NCBI GenBank assembly: GCA_010356995.1
Contig: ML996693.1
Span: 496,001 to 560,000, forward strand
Direction: 5' to 3'
Length of the DNA: 64,000 nucleotides
From: Trichodelitschia bisporula
Taxonomy: Eukaryota
Shown: one piece after another, positions 1-10,200 of the stretch
How positions within the stretch are numbered: the stretch's first letter is position 1
Layout of the letters: each line of letters begins with the position of its first letter
Notes under the pieces: model-generated
Told to the model about the DNA's origin: nothing
Database searches by the model: none
Seen by the model: the letters and a program-made list of their open reading frames with translations, nothing else
Position numbers and translations under genes: made by a program

Positions 1-30
1 ACTTGCCGACCACGCAAGCGAAGTTCCACG

Positions 31-654
31 ATGCCGCGCGGCAAAATCGATGTCCTGCTCAACCTCGTCCCCGATGCCCCGTCCTCTGTTCTCGAACACC
101 TCGCTTCGGACCCCGCGCTCGCCACCGCGCAAGACGCGCATGGATACTCCCTCCTCCACGCGGCGGCGTCGTACGGACATGAAGACCTGGTCCGCACACT
201 CGTGAACACGTATGCCGTCCCTGTAGACATCGTCGACGAGGACCGCGAGACCCCCCTCTTTGCCGTGGAGACGGTGGACATGGCACGGGCGCTGCTTGCG
301 CTAGGCGCTGATACCGAATGGCGGAATGCGGAGGGCTTGACGGCGGAGGAGAAGATTGAGGGGGAGGGGGAGTGGCCGCTTGTTGCTGCGTTTTTGAGGA
401 GTCGGAGGGAGGAGAGGGATGGGGAGGCGCCGGAGGGGGTGAAGGTTGATGTTAGGACGGTGGAGGAGCAGAGTATGGGGGAGGGAGAGGTGGATCCGGA
501 GTTTCGGAGGAGGATTGAGGAGCTTGCTGCGAGAGAGGACTTTCAGAGTGAGGATGGGCAGAGGCAGTTGAGGGAGTTGATTACGGATGCGGTTATGGGA
601 CTGAGGAGTGAGGGGGCTGATGCCGATCGCGAGGTTAGGAGACGGGTTGAGTAG
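31..654 (+). CDS. Ankyrin-repeat protein, YCR051W-like (207 aa, intronless)
   Basis: Ankyrin motifs QDAHGYSLLHAAASYGHEDLVRTLV and DEDRETPLF. The C-terminal DPEFRRRIEELAAREDFQSEDGQRQLRELITDAV segment is typical of the fungal YCR051W family (recognised from memory). Confidence 0.85.
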   Translation: MPRGKIDVLLNLVPDAPSSVLEHLASDPALATAQDAHGYSLLHAAASYGHEDLVRTLVNTYAVPVDIVDEDRETPLFAVETVDMARALLALGADTEWRNAEGLTAEEKIEGEGEWPLVAAFLRSRREERDGEAPEGVKVDVRTVEEQSMGEGEVDPEFRRRIEELAAREDFQSEDGQRQLRELITDAVMGLRSEGADADREVRRRVE

Positions 655-1335
655 TGCGGGGAAGTGACGGGATGTCTGCCTAAGTGGAGGGGTAGACAGA
701 GAGAATACCAAAAGTACCGGGCTTAGGTGCCGAAGCATCAATCCTAACTTTAAAGCCATGTTAACCGTAAGTATCTGCCTATCCTCACTCTCCAACATAA
801 GTCATTGAGCACTGGTCTAATCCTCTATAGATATTCGACATAATGTGGAAAACAGTTCATGGCAAATAATTCAGTGTTGGTTGCGTGCCAGTGATACGAC
901 ACCTCGATGGTTCTCTGTCAGGTCCATTCGTGTTGGGTCAATATCGTTCCCTCGGGATCGCTCCTTTTGTTGTACCAAGGCCACACAGTCGTGCTGCGTC
1001 CCTCTTGCCGTTTTGGGAAACAACACAAAACCGTGCCTGCTTTCTGGCAAGAACATCAAGGCCGCTCCCAAAAGCACGGTGCTGTGGTGCTGTGGTGTTG
1101 CGGTCTTGGCCGCAACTCCAGCTACATAAATATCGCGATTTTGGCAGCAACATCGATTCCTCTCCAACACAACCACATCTCCTATCTCGAGCTCCCCCCA
1201 TCTTTTCGAACGCTCCCACAACCTTGACGTTCAGTCTCCTCAATTCCTAAGGAACTACTTGTCTCACTCCGTTGCGACCACTTACTTCAAGGTATGTTCC
1301 CCTATTCATTCCCACAAACAAAGCTGACAGATCAG

Positions 1336-1590
1336 ATGGTTTCTTTCAAGAACGTTGTCGTGGCCGCGGTCTACGGCATCACCGTCGTTGGAGCCCTGGC
1401 CGTTCCTGTCACCCCTACCAACATGGACAAGCGCGCTGTCCTCGACAATCAGATCTCGGAAAACATCGACAAGAAGAAGCCTCATCCGGCCGTGGCTCCG
1501 CTCCAGTGCCCGGCTGAGTGCGGCTGCGACTCCCCCTTCCCGGCCTGCGACATCACGGAGTGTCGCAAGTGCTGCTCCGAGATGTGTTAG
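1336..1590 (+). CDS. Small secreted cysteine-rich peptide precursor (84 aa; signal peptide, Kex2-type KR site, 8-Cys C-terminal domain)
   Basis: Sequence MVSFKNVVVAAVYGITVVGALA|VP..DKR|..LQCPAECGCDSPFPACDITECRKCCSEMC*. A canonical 5'UTR intron at 1292-1335 (GTATGT..GCTGAC..CAG) ends immediately before ATG 1336. Codons are strongly C/G-ending. Confidence 0.85.
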   Translation: MVSFKNVVVAAVYGITVVGALAVPVTPTNMDKRAVLDNQISENIDKKKPHPAVAPLQCPAECGCDSPFPACDITECRKCCSEMC

Positions 1591-2018
1591 GATGGATCTT
1601 CAGTGCGGGATCTTAATGGACGGTTGTTGTGATGGATTGTTATCGGACACGGAGTGCACTTTCTGCGCTCTAGTTAGAATAGTTCTATGGCTTTTTCTGC
1701 TTGAGTTCTGCGTTGACACCTCCTTTATGGGAGTGGAGTCGACCGTCTCGGAGCAGCTATACGGCTAGTTCTTTTCGGATTTGTTTGATAGCTACGCCAT
1801 CTTCTGTCATGTTAGCGCCTAATACCAACCACTGTGCGCTTACTCTTGATACGTGATATGTGCATTCGACTTTGCTAGACTTACACTGGAGTCGAGTCAA
1901 GCGAAGTCCAAATTATGTGAACATCATTTCGCGAGGTCTAGCAGTACGAACAATTCCCTCCAAGTAAGATAAGACAGACTTGACTTTTTAGCATGCCACA
2001 AGCATGAGCATGAGCCTG

Positions 2019-2275
2019 GCTATTCTATATAACCGCTAATTAGTACATACTCTTTCCATGTACCTGCTAACAAGTCCATACTCTTTCCATGTACCTGCTA
2101 ACAAGTCCATACTCTTTCCATGTACCTGCTAACAAGTCCATACTCTATGTAACTGCTAGGAAGTACTTACATTTTCTATGAAACTGGAAGTGAGTACATA
2201 CATTTCTATGTAACAGTAAGTGAGTACATACATTTCTATGTAACTGTAAGTAAGTGCATACATTATCTATATAAA
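2019..2275. repeat. AT-rich minisatellite, about 8-9 units of 27-31 bp
   Basis: Three perfect copies of CATACTCTTTCCATGTACCTGCTAACAAGTC (2046-2138), then diverged units such as CATACATTTCTATGTAACAGTAAGTGAGTA (2197-2226) and 2227-2256. No spacers. Confidence 0.95.
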
Positions 2276-2786
2276 TCTCCTCAATTTTAGACCTTGAGGT
2301 ATGCACCGAATCCATGCTCTGTCGTCATATACCGAATGCCCGCTTCAAACTGAAGGGATGAGTTCCAGGGGAACGGGAAGAGGATAGAGCTGAGAGATTG
2401 GAGTCAGACTACCATCATTCAGACACTGGCCGTTACTGGTTATACTAGCTTCACATTGCCGACCAAAGTACAAGATGTCATCTTATTGTGAGAATATGTG
2501 ACACTATCTACTTGATTATGATTATGTGCTCCAGCATCGCTCACCACCTGTTCACCTGGCACATGTCCCCTATCAGCCCCACAGGGTATCGACCCAGACG
2601 TAAAGTTTCCGCCCCCACCGCCCCCAAAACAGCCACAACACCTCCAATGCAACCGCCGGGAGCCTGGCGGTTAAAGAAAAGAAAGGCCATCTCCAGAGTA
2701 ATGCATTCAACCACTGTCTATATTCAGACCACCCAAAGCACTCCCCTCGCGGGGCCCAGCTCTTTACCAACACCTCCCCAACATGC

Positions 2787-5700
2787 CTAACCGAACGACT
2801 GCAACTTCTCCTGTTCGGCGGGCGAGAGCGCATTGAAAATATCGCCAAAGCCCGGCTTCGCCGCCGCATTGCGGAAGAACTGCATGAGGTAGGCCTGCGT
2901 CTCGTCGTCGGGCTGGCGGTTCGCAAAAGGTGTCTCCTCGGCGAAGGCCATAAGCTCTGCGTGCGAAGGACTTAAGATTCCGTTCCTCCAGTGCGCTACG
3001 CTGGATGCCTGGAACTTACCTTGCTTCGTGGTACCTAGACCAAGATCGAGGACGTCGTCATCGTCCTCCCATTCCTCATTCTCGTCGCTGCCTTCTGAGA
3101 CCGCATCTGCGGTATTGAAGTCACGCCGAGAACCACTCGCGTGCAAGAGCTCTTCCACCAGTACCTTGATGATCTTGATGTTTGCAGGAACAATGGTAAA
3201 GTGATCCGGATCTGCACGCGTTAGTAGGGCTCAGTATACAGCGGGGAACTACGAGTTCAACGCACTCCGACGCGCTTGGGACCGAGTTACGATCCTACCT
3301 GAGTCATTGATAACGAGGTCACCCTTGACCTGAATCTGAGACAGACGGGGATCATCGAGGTCATAGAGCTTGGACAGAGCAATCACGCTGGAAAGTTAGT
3401 GAAGGCTAAGACATATCAGGGAACGAAAGACATACTTCTGACGGATCTCGTCATAGCCAACGAAATTGACCGAGTTCTCAAGCCATTTGCTCATCACAAC
3501 CTGCAGCCCGTTCTGGTCGCCCACCTGAACACCCGCAAGGAAGTCGAGGACTTCGCGGGCGCTAACGAGAGAAAGACGGGCAAACACAAGGATCAAGCTC
3601 TGGATAAACTGCGCCTGAGTCGCAGTGCCGAGCCGGAAAGCAACCGCCCTTAGCAGCTGCTCGAGATATGGCCCGAGCCGCTCAGCACCAGCCTTCTCCA
3701 CAACTTCAGCTGCGAGACCACCAACCTCAGCGGCAGAGTTGTCGTCTACACTGGGACCGAGCAGCCGGTCGATGATAACGAGCGCAATCTCGAGTCCACC
3801 CTTGCCTTGCTCATTGCGCCACTCGAAGAACTGCTTGTAATCATGTACAAGGATGTTCCGAACGCACGAAGTCGCGGCCTTGAGTAGCTCGTCGTCCGTC
3901 GCCTCCATCAGAATACGGTTCAGCTTTGGCATAACCGTAGCCACAAACCCGTTTGGCAGCGGCTCTTGTCCATGCTTGGAGAGCTTTGAAAGAAGCGTGG
4001 CGGCAAGGTTTGTGAGTGCATTCTCCTCCGTGAGCGTACCCATGTCGAAGACGCCCATCAGGGACGGCAGGACCTTAGCACAGAGCTGAGTATAAGCATC
4101 GGGGCCAGCCTTCGAAAGATCCTCAGCTACCTCCTCAAAAGTCTCGTCGACTAGGCAGGAGATGTTAAAGTTGTTCGCGCTCTGGCTTGCGATGGTGAAC
4201 AAAAGATCCAGCCCGGATCCCGTGAGGCAAACCTGCTTGTCGAGGAGGATGGCATCACGGAGCGTCTCAACCATAGTAACCAGAAGGTCCTCAGATTCCG
4301 CGAGGTCGGCAAAATCCTGGGCTCCGATATAGTTGGACAGCGCTTGGATAACAGCGGCTTGGAGAGAAAGGGTGATTTCCGACCGCACGGCTTGTAGGTA
4401 AAACTGAAGTGTGCGGATGCAAGAAACTTGGACCACCTCGGAGGAATCCTCGTTGATGGCCTGGAGGCTCGTCTGCATGAAGGTGCTGGAGACTTGGCCA
4501 ACCGCCGCAGGGCATGCCATCGTCAAGCTGCCAGCAAGTATGTGGCCGCGAGCACGCAGGAACTCATCGTCCTGCTGGATTGCGTACTGAGCAAACTCAA
4601 GACAGGCCGCCGCAGCCTCGTTGGTGAAGTGCTGCTGGATGTGCTCGTAGTCCCCGAGCAGCTGGCTTAAAATGTACAACGCAGCCTCTTTTGCCTTCCA
4701 GTTGTCTGGGGTCGAATACAACTGGCGCGTGTAGGTCAACAGGGCCTCGATTGTCGGCACCGAAAGCCACTCTCCGAGCTTAATCACTAGATCGCCGCAG
4801 GCCGTACGGGGAGTAAAGTTGGCGGTCACGCTCGTCTCTTCAGAGAGGAAAACGTTGATGTCGATGTTCCAAAGACCTTCTTCCTCCGTAGTGATCTGCG
4901 AATATCCGACAACAAGCTTCATTACCTCGACAATCCAGTTTGACCCGGTGCCCTGGGACTGTTGCAATTGATTCTCAAGCTCCTTACGCACAGGGGCTGC
5001 CCGAAGGCAAGACTGCATGAAGTCAAGCTCCTCGAGAACCAGAAAGTCCAAAGAGAACGGCAAACCATCATTATCAACAAGACGACCCTGTCCCTGGGCT
5101 TCAATGAAAAGTCGATTATATGCAGCCTGGAGTGATGACAGCTCCTCCCAAATCGAGGAGAAGAGCACGGGGCTCTGTGGAGCAAGAATAGAGGGAAAGA
5201 GGGTCCGTATCCGCATGAGTACCTACTGAAATGAGTTGATGCCGGGCAACACTTGTATTAACTGACCTTGATAACCTGCAGTTTCAGCGCAACGAGTCCC
5301 CTGTACGTTTGGGCCGTCTCGCTCCGGGAGTTCTCCTCCTCCTCGGACGGCGGAGGCGGCAGCTGCGTCTTGATCACCTCCATGAAGAAGGGCATCCAGG
5401 CACTCAAGGCCTCATCGGCAAAGACCTTGACCGTATCCTTATTGTCTGCCATGATCATCTCAAGAATATCGAAGCACACTCGGAAGACATTAACCGCCAA
5501 AGCCCGATGAATGGGTTTCCTGTTGTTGTTGACTGCAACGTCATACACCGTCTTGACGAGGTCCCGTGCGTAGCGAAAGAATTGCACATCGTTGAGGCAT
5601 TCGTCGACTAAGTCACCCAGCACTTTCAGAGCTCCGTGCAGCTGGTCCTCGGCGCCTGTCTGAATGACCTGCAGTATGGTTCCCAGCAAATCCGGCCAGT

Positions 5701-6076
5701 CTTCCGGAAAATCAGCATTGGCGATCTTACTCACCACGTAGCTGGCGGCACCCTTGACCTTGCGGTCCTGGGTTCCGCTAACAGCAAGCGTGAGAAGCAT
5801 CTGGCGAATCCGTAGCTTTTCGTCATCAGGTACCAGCACTTGTCCTTTGAACTCATCGAATTGGGGGCTCCACGCTTCAAGAACAAATATCTTCAGGCTG
5901 AGAAGTGCCGATTGGCGGATGTTTACGGGTACGGAGTCGTGCGAACCGATGGACGTCAGAGCAAGAGCAAAACCAGGTGCGGCGTAGAGGGAACGCAGCT
6001 GCTGCTCGGCATGCTTCCGCGGCCCCTCGGCAGGCAGCTGGGTGTTCGCCAGCAGGTGGATTAACTGGTCTTCCAT
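2787..6076 (-). CDS. KAP114: Importin-9 / Kap114 family karyopherin (IBN_N + HEAT repeats), 4 introns
   Basis: Starts MEDQLIHLLANTQ..AEQQL. Contains IBN_N-like RQSALLSLK, IANADFPEDWPDLL and the C-terminal VKGDLV..GRIVTRSQARRNPD..IKIIKVLVEEL. Introns 5223-5266, 3388-3435, 3212-3265 and 2957-3019 restore the frame. Confidence 0.9.
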
Positions 6077-6429
6077 TGTAAACCCGAGGTAGATGTCGTT
6101 TCCATGCACGGAAGGACGCTTCTGTAGGGGGACGGTTGGGTTGAAGCGGGGTGGGAGGAGGGGTTGTGTACACAAAATTTGCTAAGACTGGTGAGCTCTG
6201 GAGATGGGGTGGATTCCTGAAGTTGTGAATAGGATGGAGAAGTGGGGTGTGGGATTGGTAGTACGTTAGTGGGACTTCAAATGTGGGGGGGGTTGTCTAA
6301 GGACAGTTGAGGATGGCGGGAGAGTTTCTAGGCACTGACGTGCAGTTGTCAGTGGAGCGCGTCTCGTGGAGAAGCTATCGATAAACTGCTTGGCATGGCA
6401 GAATCTCAAGGGTCCGACAACCGCCTTTG

Positions 6430-6435
6430 ACGCGT
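6430..6435. promoter_or_regulatory. MluI cell-cycle box (ACGCGT) in the KAP114/REV7 divergent promoter
   Basis: GACGCGTC lies about 115 nt upstream of the REV7 ATG, with a second CGCGTC near 6358. MCB sites are typical of fungal DNA replication and repair genes. Function here is inferred. Confidence 0.4.
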
Positions 6436-6548
6436 CCTCGTCACGCTAAGACCAGCTGGTGCTACACCACTTCGAAGATATATCAGAGCAGTGCGGGGTG
6501 CCATTCTGCGCGTTCTATTCTCACGATCATTCAGCAACGACGTTGACC

Positions 6549-7226
6549 ATGACTGAGCCTATTACTTATACTTCGCTGGTGTCAACATTTGCCGACTTTC
6601 TCATCGCCGCCATCCACACGATTCTCTACGAGCGACAAATATACCCGCGCACTTCCTTTCTCTCCGCGCGCAAATACAACTTCCCGGTGCGGCAGTCTAG
6701 GCATCCGAAGGTGTGCACATGGATCGCCGATGCCGTGGCCGCTGTTGAGGCAGAGATGCTCGACTGTGCCGTAGAGCGCGTCGCTGTGGTCATCTTCTCG
6801 CAGCAATCCCAGCCACTCGAGCGCTTTATGTTTGATATGAGCCGATTCCCAGTCGTCGGCAAGGAGGACATCACCACACCGATCGAGAATGCTGTGTCGA
6901 TTGTCAATCTGGAGGAACAGTTTCGCGCAGTCATGTCCAAGCTCAGCGTGTGCGGTTCTTCCCTCAAACCTCTACCAGAGGGATGCTCCTTCACCGTAGC
7001 CATTGAGTTGAAGGATGAAGCCGATGCGCCAATTGGCCACCCGCAGCCCTGGATTCCTACGCAGCCATCGCTGCAGCGGGAAATTTGCCAGCGCGATACG
7101 GTGGACACGCAGGTCAGGCGAGGCAAGGATCTCGGGGGTGTCAGGACGACGCCTTTGCGGGCCGTCGACGCGGGGGATGTGGTTTTTGAGATGTGGATCG
7201 AAGAAGGGCAAGCAAAGGCCACTTGA
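6549..7226 (+). CDS. REV7: DNA polymerase zeta accessory subunit Rev7 (HORMA domain)
   Basis: FADFLIAAIHTILYERQIYPRTSFLSARKYNFPVRQSRHPKVCTWI, PLERFMFD, LEEQFRA and LPEGCSFTVAIEL are Rev7/MAD2L2 HORMA motifs. ATG 6549 is in ACCATG context. Confidence 0.92.
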   Translation: MTEPITYTSLVSTFADFLIAAIHTILYERQIYPRTSFLSARKYNFPVRQSRHPKVCTWIADAVAAVEAEMLDCAVERVAVVIFSQQSQPLERFMFDMSRFPVVGKEDITTPIENAVSIVNLEEQFRAVMSKLSVCGSSLKPLPEGCSFTVAIELKDEADAPIGHPQPWIPTQPSLQREICQRDTVDTQVRRGKDLGGVRTTPLRAVDAGDVVFEMWIEEGQAKAT

Positions 7227-10200
7227 GCAGCGGCGTTGCATTGAAAGCAAACGTCCCTGGTCTTGCTGATGTGGTGAATTGGGTGGTACAACAGCGGTCA
7301 GATGGTCGGGGCATTTCACGGATTGTGGGACTTTTGCTCATCAGAGACCGATCTCACGCTACTCTCCCCACGAGGCTGAGCTAGCCCGCGACACCGAATT
7401 CGCAGCATCGGATGGCAACAAAGCACCCAAACGTCCGGCGCAGGGTCAGAGACATTGGGGGCTGGTTACGGTACTTTGACTCTGGCTTATCGATGCGCTA
7501 CCATTGTAATTGGTGCTGGTGGATGATAGCCGCCGGCGACAGTTCGATGTTGTGATACTTGGCGGACGCCCCGATAATCGCGTCGTCTCTCATTCGGAGG
7601 ATCGGATAGCCTTAGCCAACCTCCCGGGAGCTTTGGCTTCAGCGGGGAATCGAGTACGCACTATCGCGACGCCATGGTTGCAGGCCCCATTCCACAGGCC
7701 CTGAAACACATCTTCCGGCCATGCATTAGCTGCGTCACGGGTCACCGTTCCGCCAGCCATTGCCCACAGTGCATCGAGTACACATCTGCAGTGCAATAGC
7801 GCCGGCGCCGAGGTTCGCTTTTCCGATCCATACCCCCGATGCGCGGACATGACAATGCAGCAGCTCTGCAGCAACGAGGCACGGCAGGATGGCTTCGGCG
7901 TCTGGCGGCGGCATTGACATGAGACGTGGACGAACAATATTCTCCGCTGCCAGGATCAGCATGCTGGCTCAATCAAGCGGCATGAAACTCATATAAATCT
8001 CTTTAGCCCGCATTTCCATCCTCCACATGGCGGCAGGGTGGATCCCGAGGAAGCGGGCCGATTGTTATTTGGGAGTTCGGCACACAAAGGCCAAATTTGG
8101 ATGTTGGAACAACAAATCACCGGAACTGGCATCAACACAGCGCGAGGCTAAAATTGCTTGCGAGCAGCCGACCAGGTCTTCAAATAAATCAGATTGTTCT
8201 TGTTTCACATTCAAATTCAAATTCGTCAACTAGAAGAGGTGCGGTCCGTCTCGCAATTTTTTCTCGGGAGTTGATCAGTCGCTTTTGCTGTTGTTGGAGT
8301 GACCGGGGCACCCCGGCAGCCACAGTCAATCCGCATGAGCCTGGAGAGACAAGAATTGGCGTAGTCTCGGTTCTTGTGTGTGCGTCTCGCTAGAGAGCTG
8401 GGACGACATGGCGGTCAGCGGTAGCTGGTATCAGAATACATGGGAGCTCAAGGTGTCTCAACTTGCATGGCTGGCACGACCGTATTACCCGGCTCATCGT
8501 GGGGCCACAGTGTCGGTGGAAACAGACAATGGAGTGCCTCGGAGGCGAATAGGTCGCGGTGCGAGGCTCGTACTGTTGAGCAAAAGCTAGCATGTGCGAA
8601 GTTGACGTGTCGGTCCTAGGCCTAACATGCTGGTCCAATGTGCGACAGCATGATTACTCGACGCGAATCTATTTGATTTAGCCATCTGATTTTGAGCATC
8701 AAGGCTGACCACCGTAAGCCTAGTCCATCATCAGCCGAACAACCGCGCGGATATCGGCGCGCCTTGCACGGATAAAGATAGGGCCGAAACAAGGCTGCGA
8801 CTTGACCTCAGGCGCGTTGGGCTGCAACTCAAGACGCCAGAGAAACCGAGTCGAAACGTCATGAAGGATTTCGAGATGAAATATTGGGAGGCCTTCCGCT
8901 ATGCGGGGCGTAACTCGGATCGACGCCGCTGCCGAATGGCATATGCTGCCGAGCCAGGCCCGACGATACACAACACGCCGTTGTCTGCACGGCGCCCAGA
9001 GTGTTTACATCCCGTCAAATGAGATGGTGCAGAATAACTGACAACCCCGCGAAGTTTCTTCTTCTCATCACTCGCAGCCGCCATGAAGGAGGCCGTACAC
9101 CCATCTTACGACATAAGGCTGTCGCCAGCACATCTCGTTCGCCGACGTCGAAAGAGGCTCAGCGAGGCAGCGTTGCTGCCCAAAGAGTGATGCAATCCTG
9201 CTGCAGTTCAGGTCAACGCAGGTCTGATGTGAGTCACGAAGTTTTACGCGTCGGTCAACGCCCGTTCACAGCCTCGATGAACAAGCGCTGCCTGCGCATC
9301 TTTTGGTACCCCTTTTTGGGTATTTCTCTCCAATACATCCGTACTGTGTCAGCATGGCGGCGACACTGCCCGGCCCCAGGTCAACAGGCAGACGGATATG
9401 AACCTCTCAAGAGGCGGCTTTTGAACCCTCATTTCAAAGGTCTCCCAGTACTGCCCTCTACGCGACACTGCCCGATATCAGGTGCGCGAGTCCTTACCAT
9501 GTGATAGTATCCCAAACCAAATCGCGGCCTCAATCTGGTAAGCTCGATCGTCCATTCGCACGCAGGGTTCGGAAAATTGATTGCTTATTGGGACGCGGGG
9601 CCCAGACCGAGGGGCGATGACGTCCGGCCGGTTGCCTCCCGCCGTCGCGTCTCGCATCTCGCTTGAGCTGCTCGAATCTTGCTGCTTGCGGCTTGGTGCA
9701 TTCTTCCATCGCCTTATGGCTTCGCAGCCACCGAGCCAAGTGTGGCGCACGCTCTCTTCAGCTTTCCATGTGCTTCCGCCACCGTGGGACACCCCTGCTC
9801 GCGATGTCCGTGGGCCCAATCGGAGTGCAAGGGCTGCACCGCCACAGAAAACGGCATCGCACACCCCTGTCGAATCGGTGACTCAGTGTGCGGCCTCTGT
9901 CAGCGAGTGGAATGGCTGGCGATTCATCCAAGGGGAGTGGCCGGTCGGGATGCCGAAACGGGTGGAGTGGAAGGAGAGGAGACGACCAAGCGGAGGAGGG
10001 AAGAGGCCTGTCTCTGCTGGCCTTGTCTGCCTCCTTCCACCACCCGCTCCCTTGCTCTCCCCCTCGACCCGCGGCACGGCCGATCTCAGCTCTGTTTCCG
10101 GCGCACCTTCTCCTCACGTTCCAAACGTTAATTTGACTTCCTGCGACCCATATGCCGTGTGTGGTCCAAGAGCATCCGCTGCGTCGTCACCTCGCCTTTT

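Noticed and set aside
2046..2256. CRISPR-like array (about 30-bp repeats)
   Set aside because: Units are head-to-tail with no unique spacers, there are no cas genes, and the context is eukaryotic.
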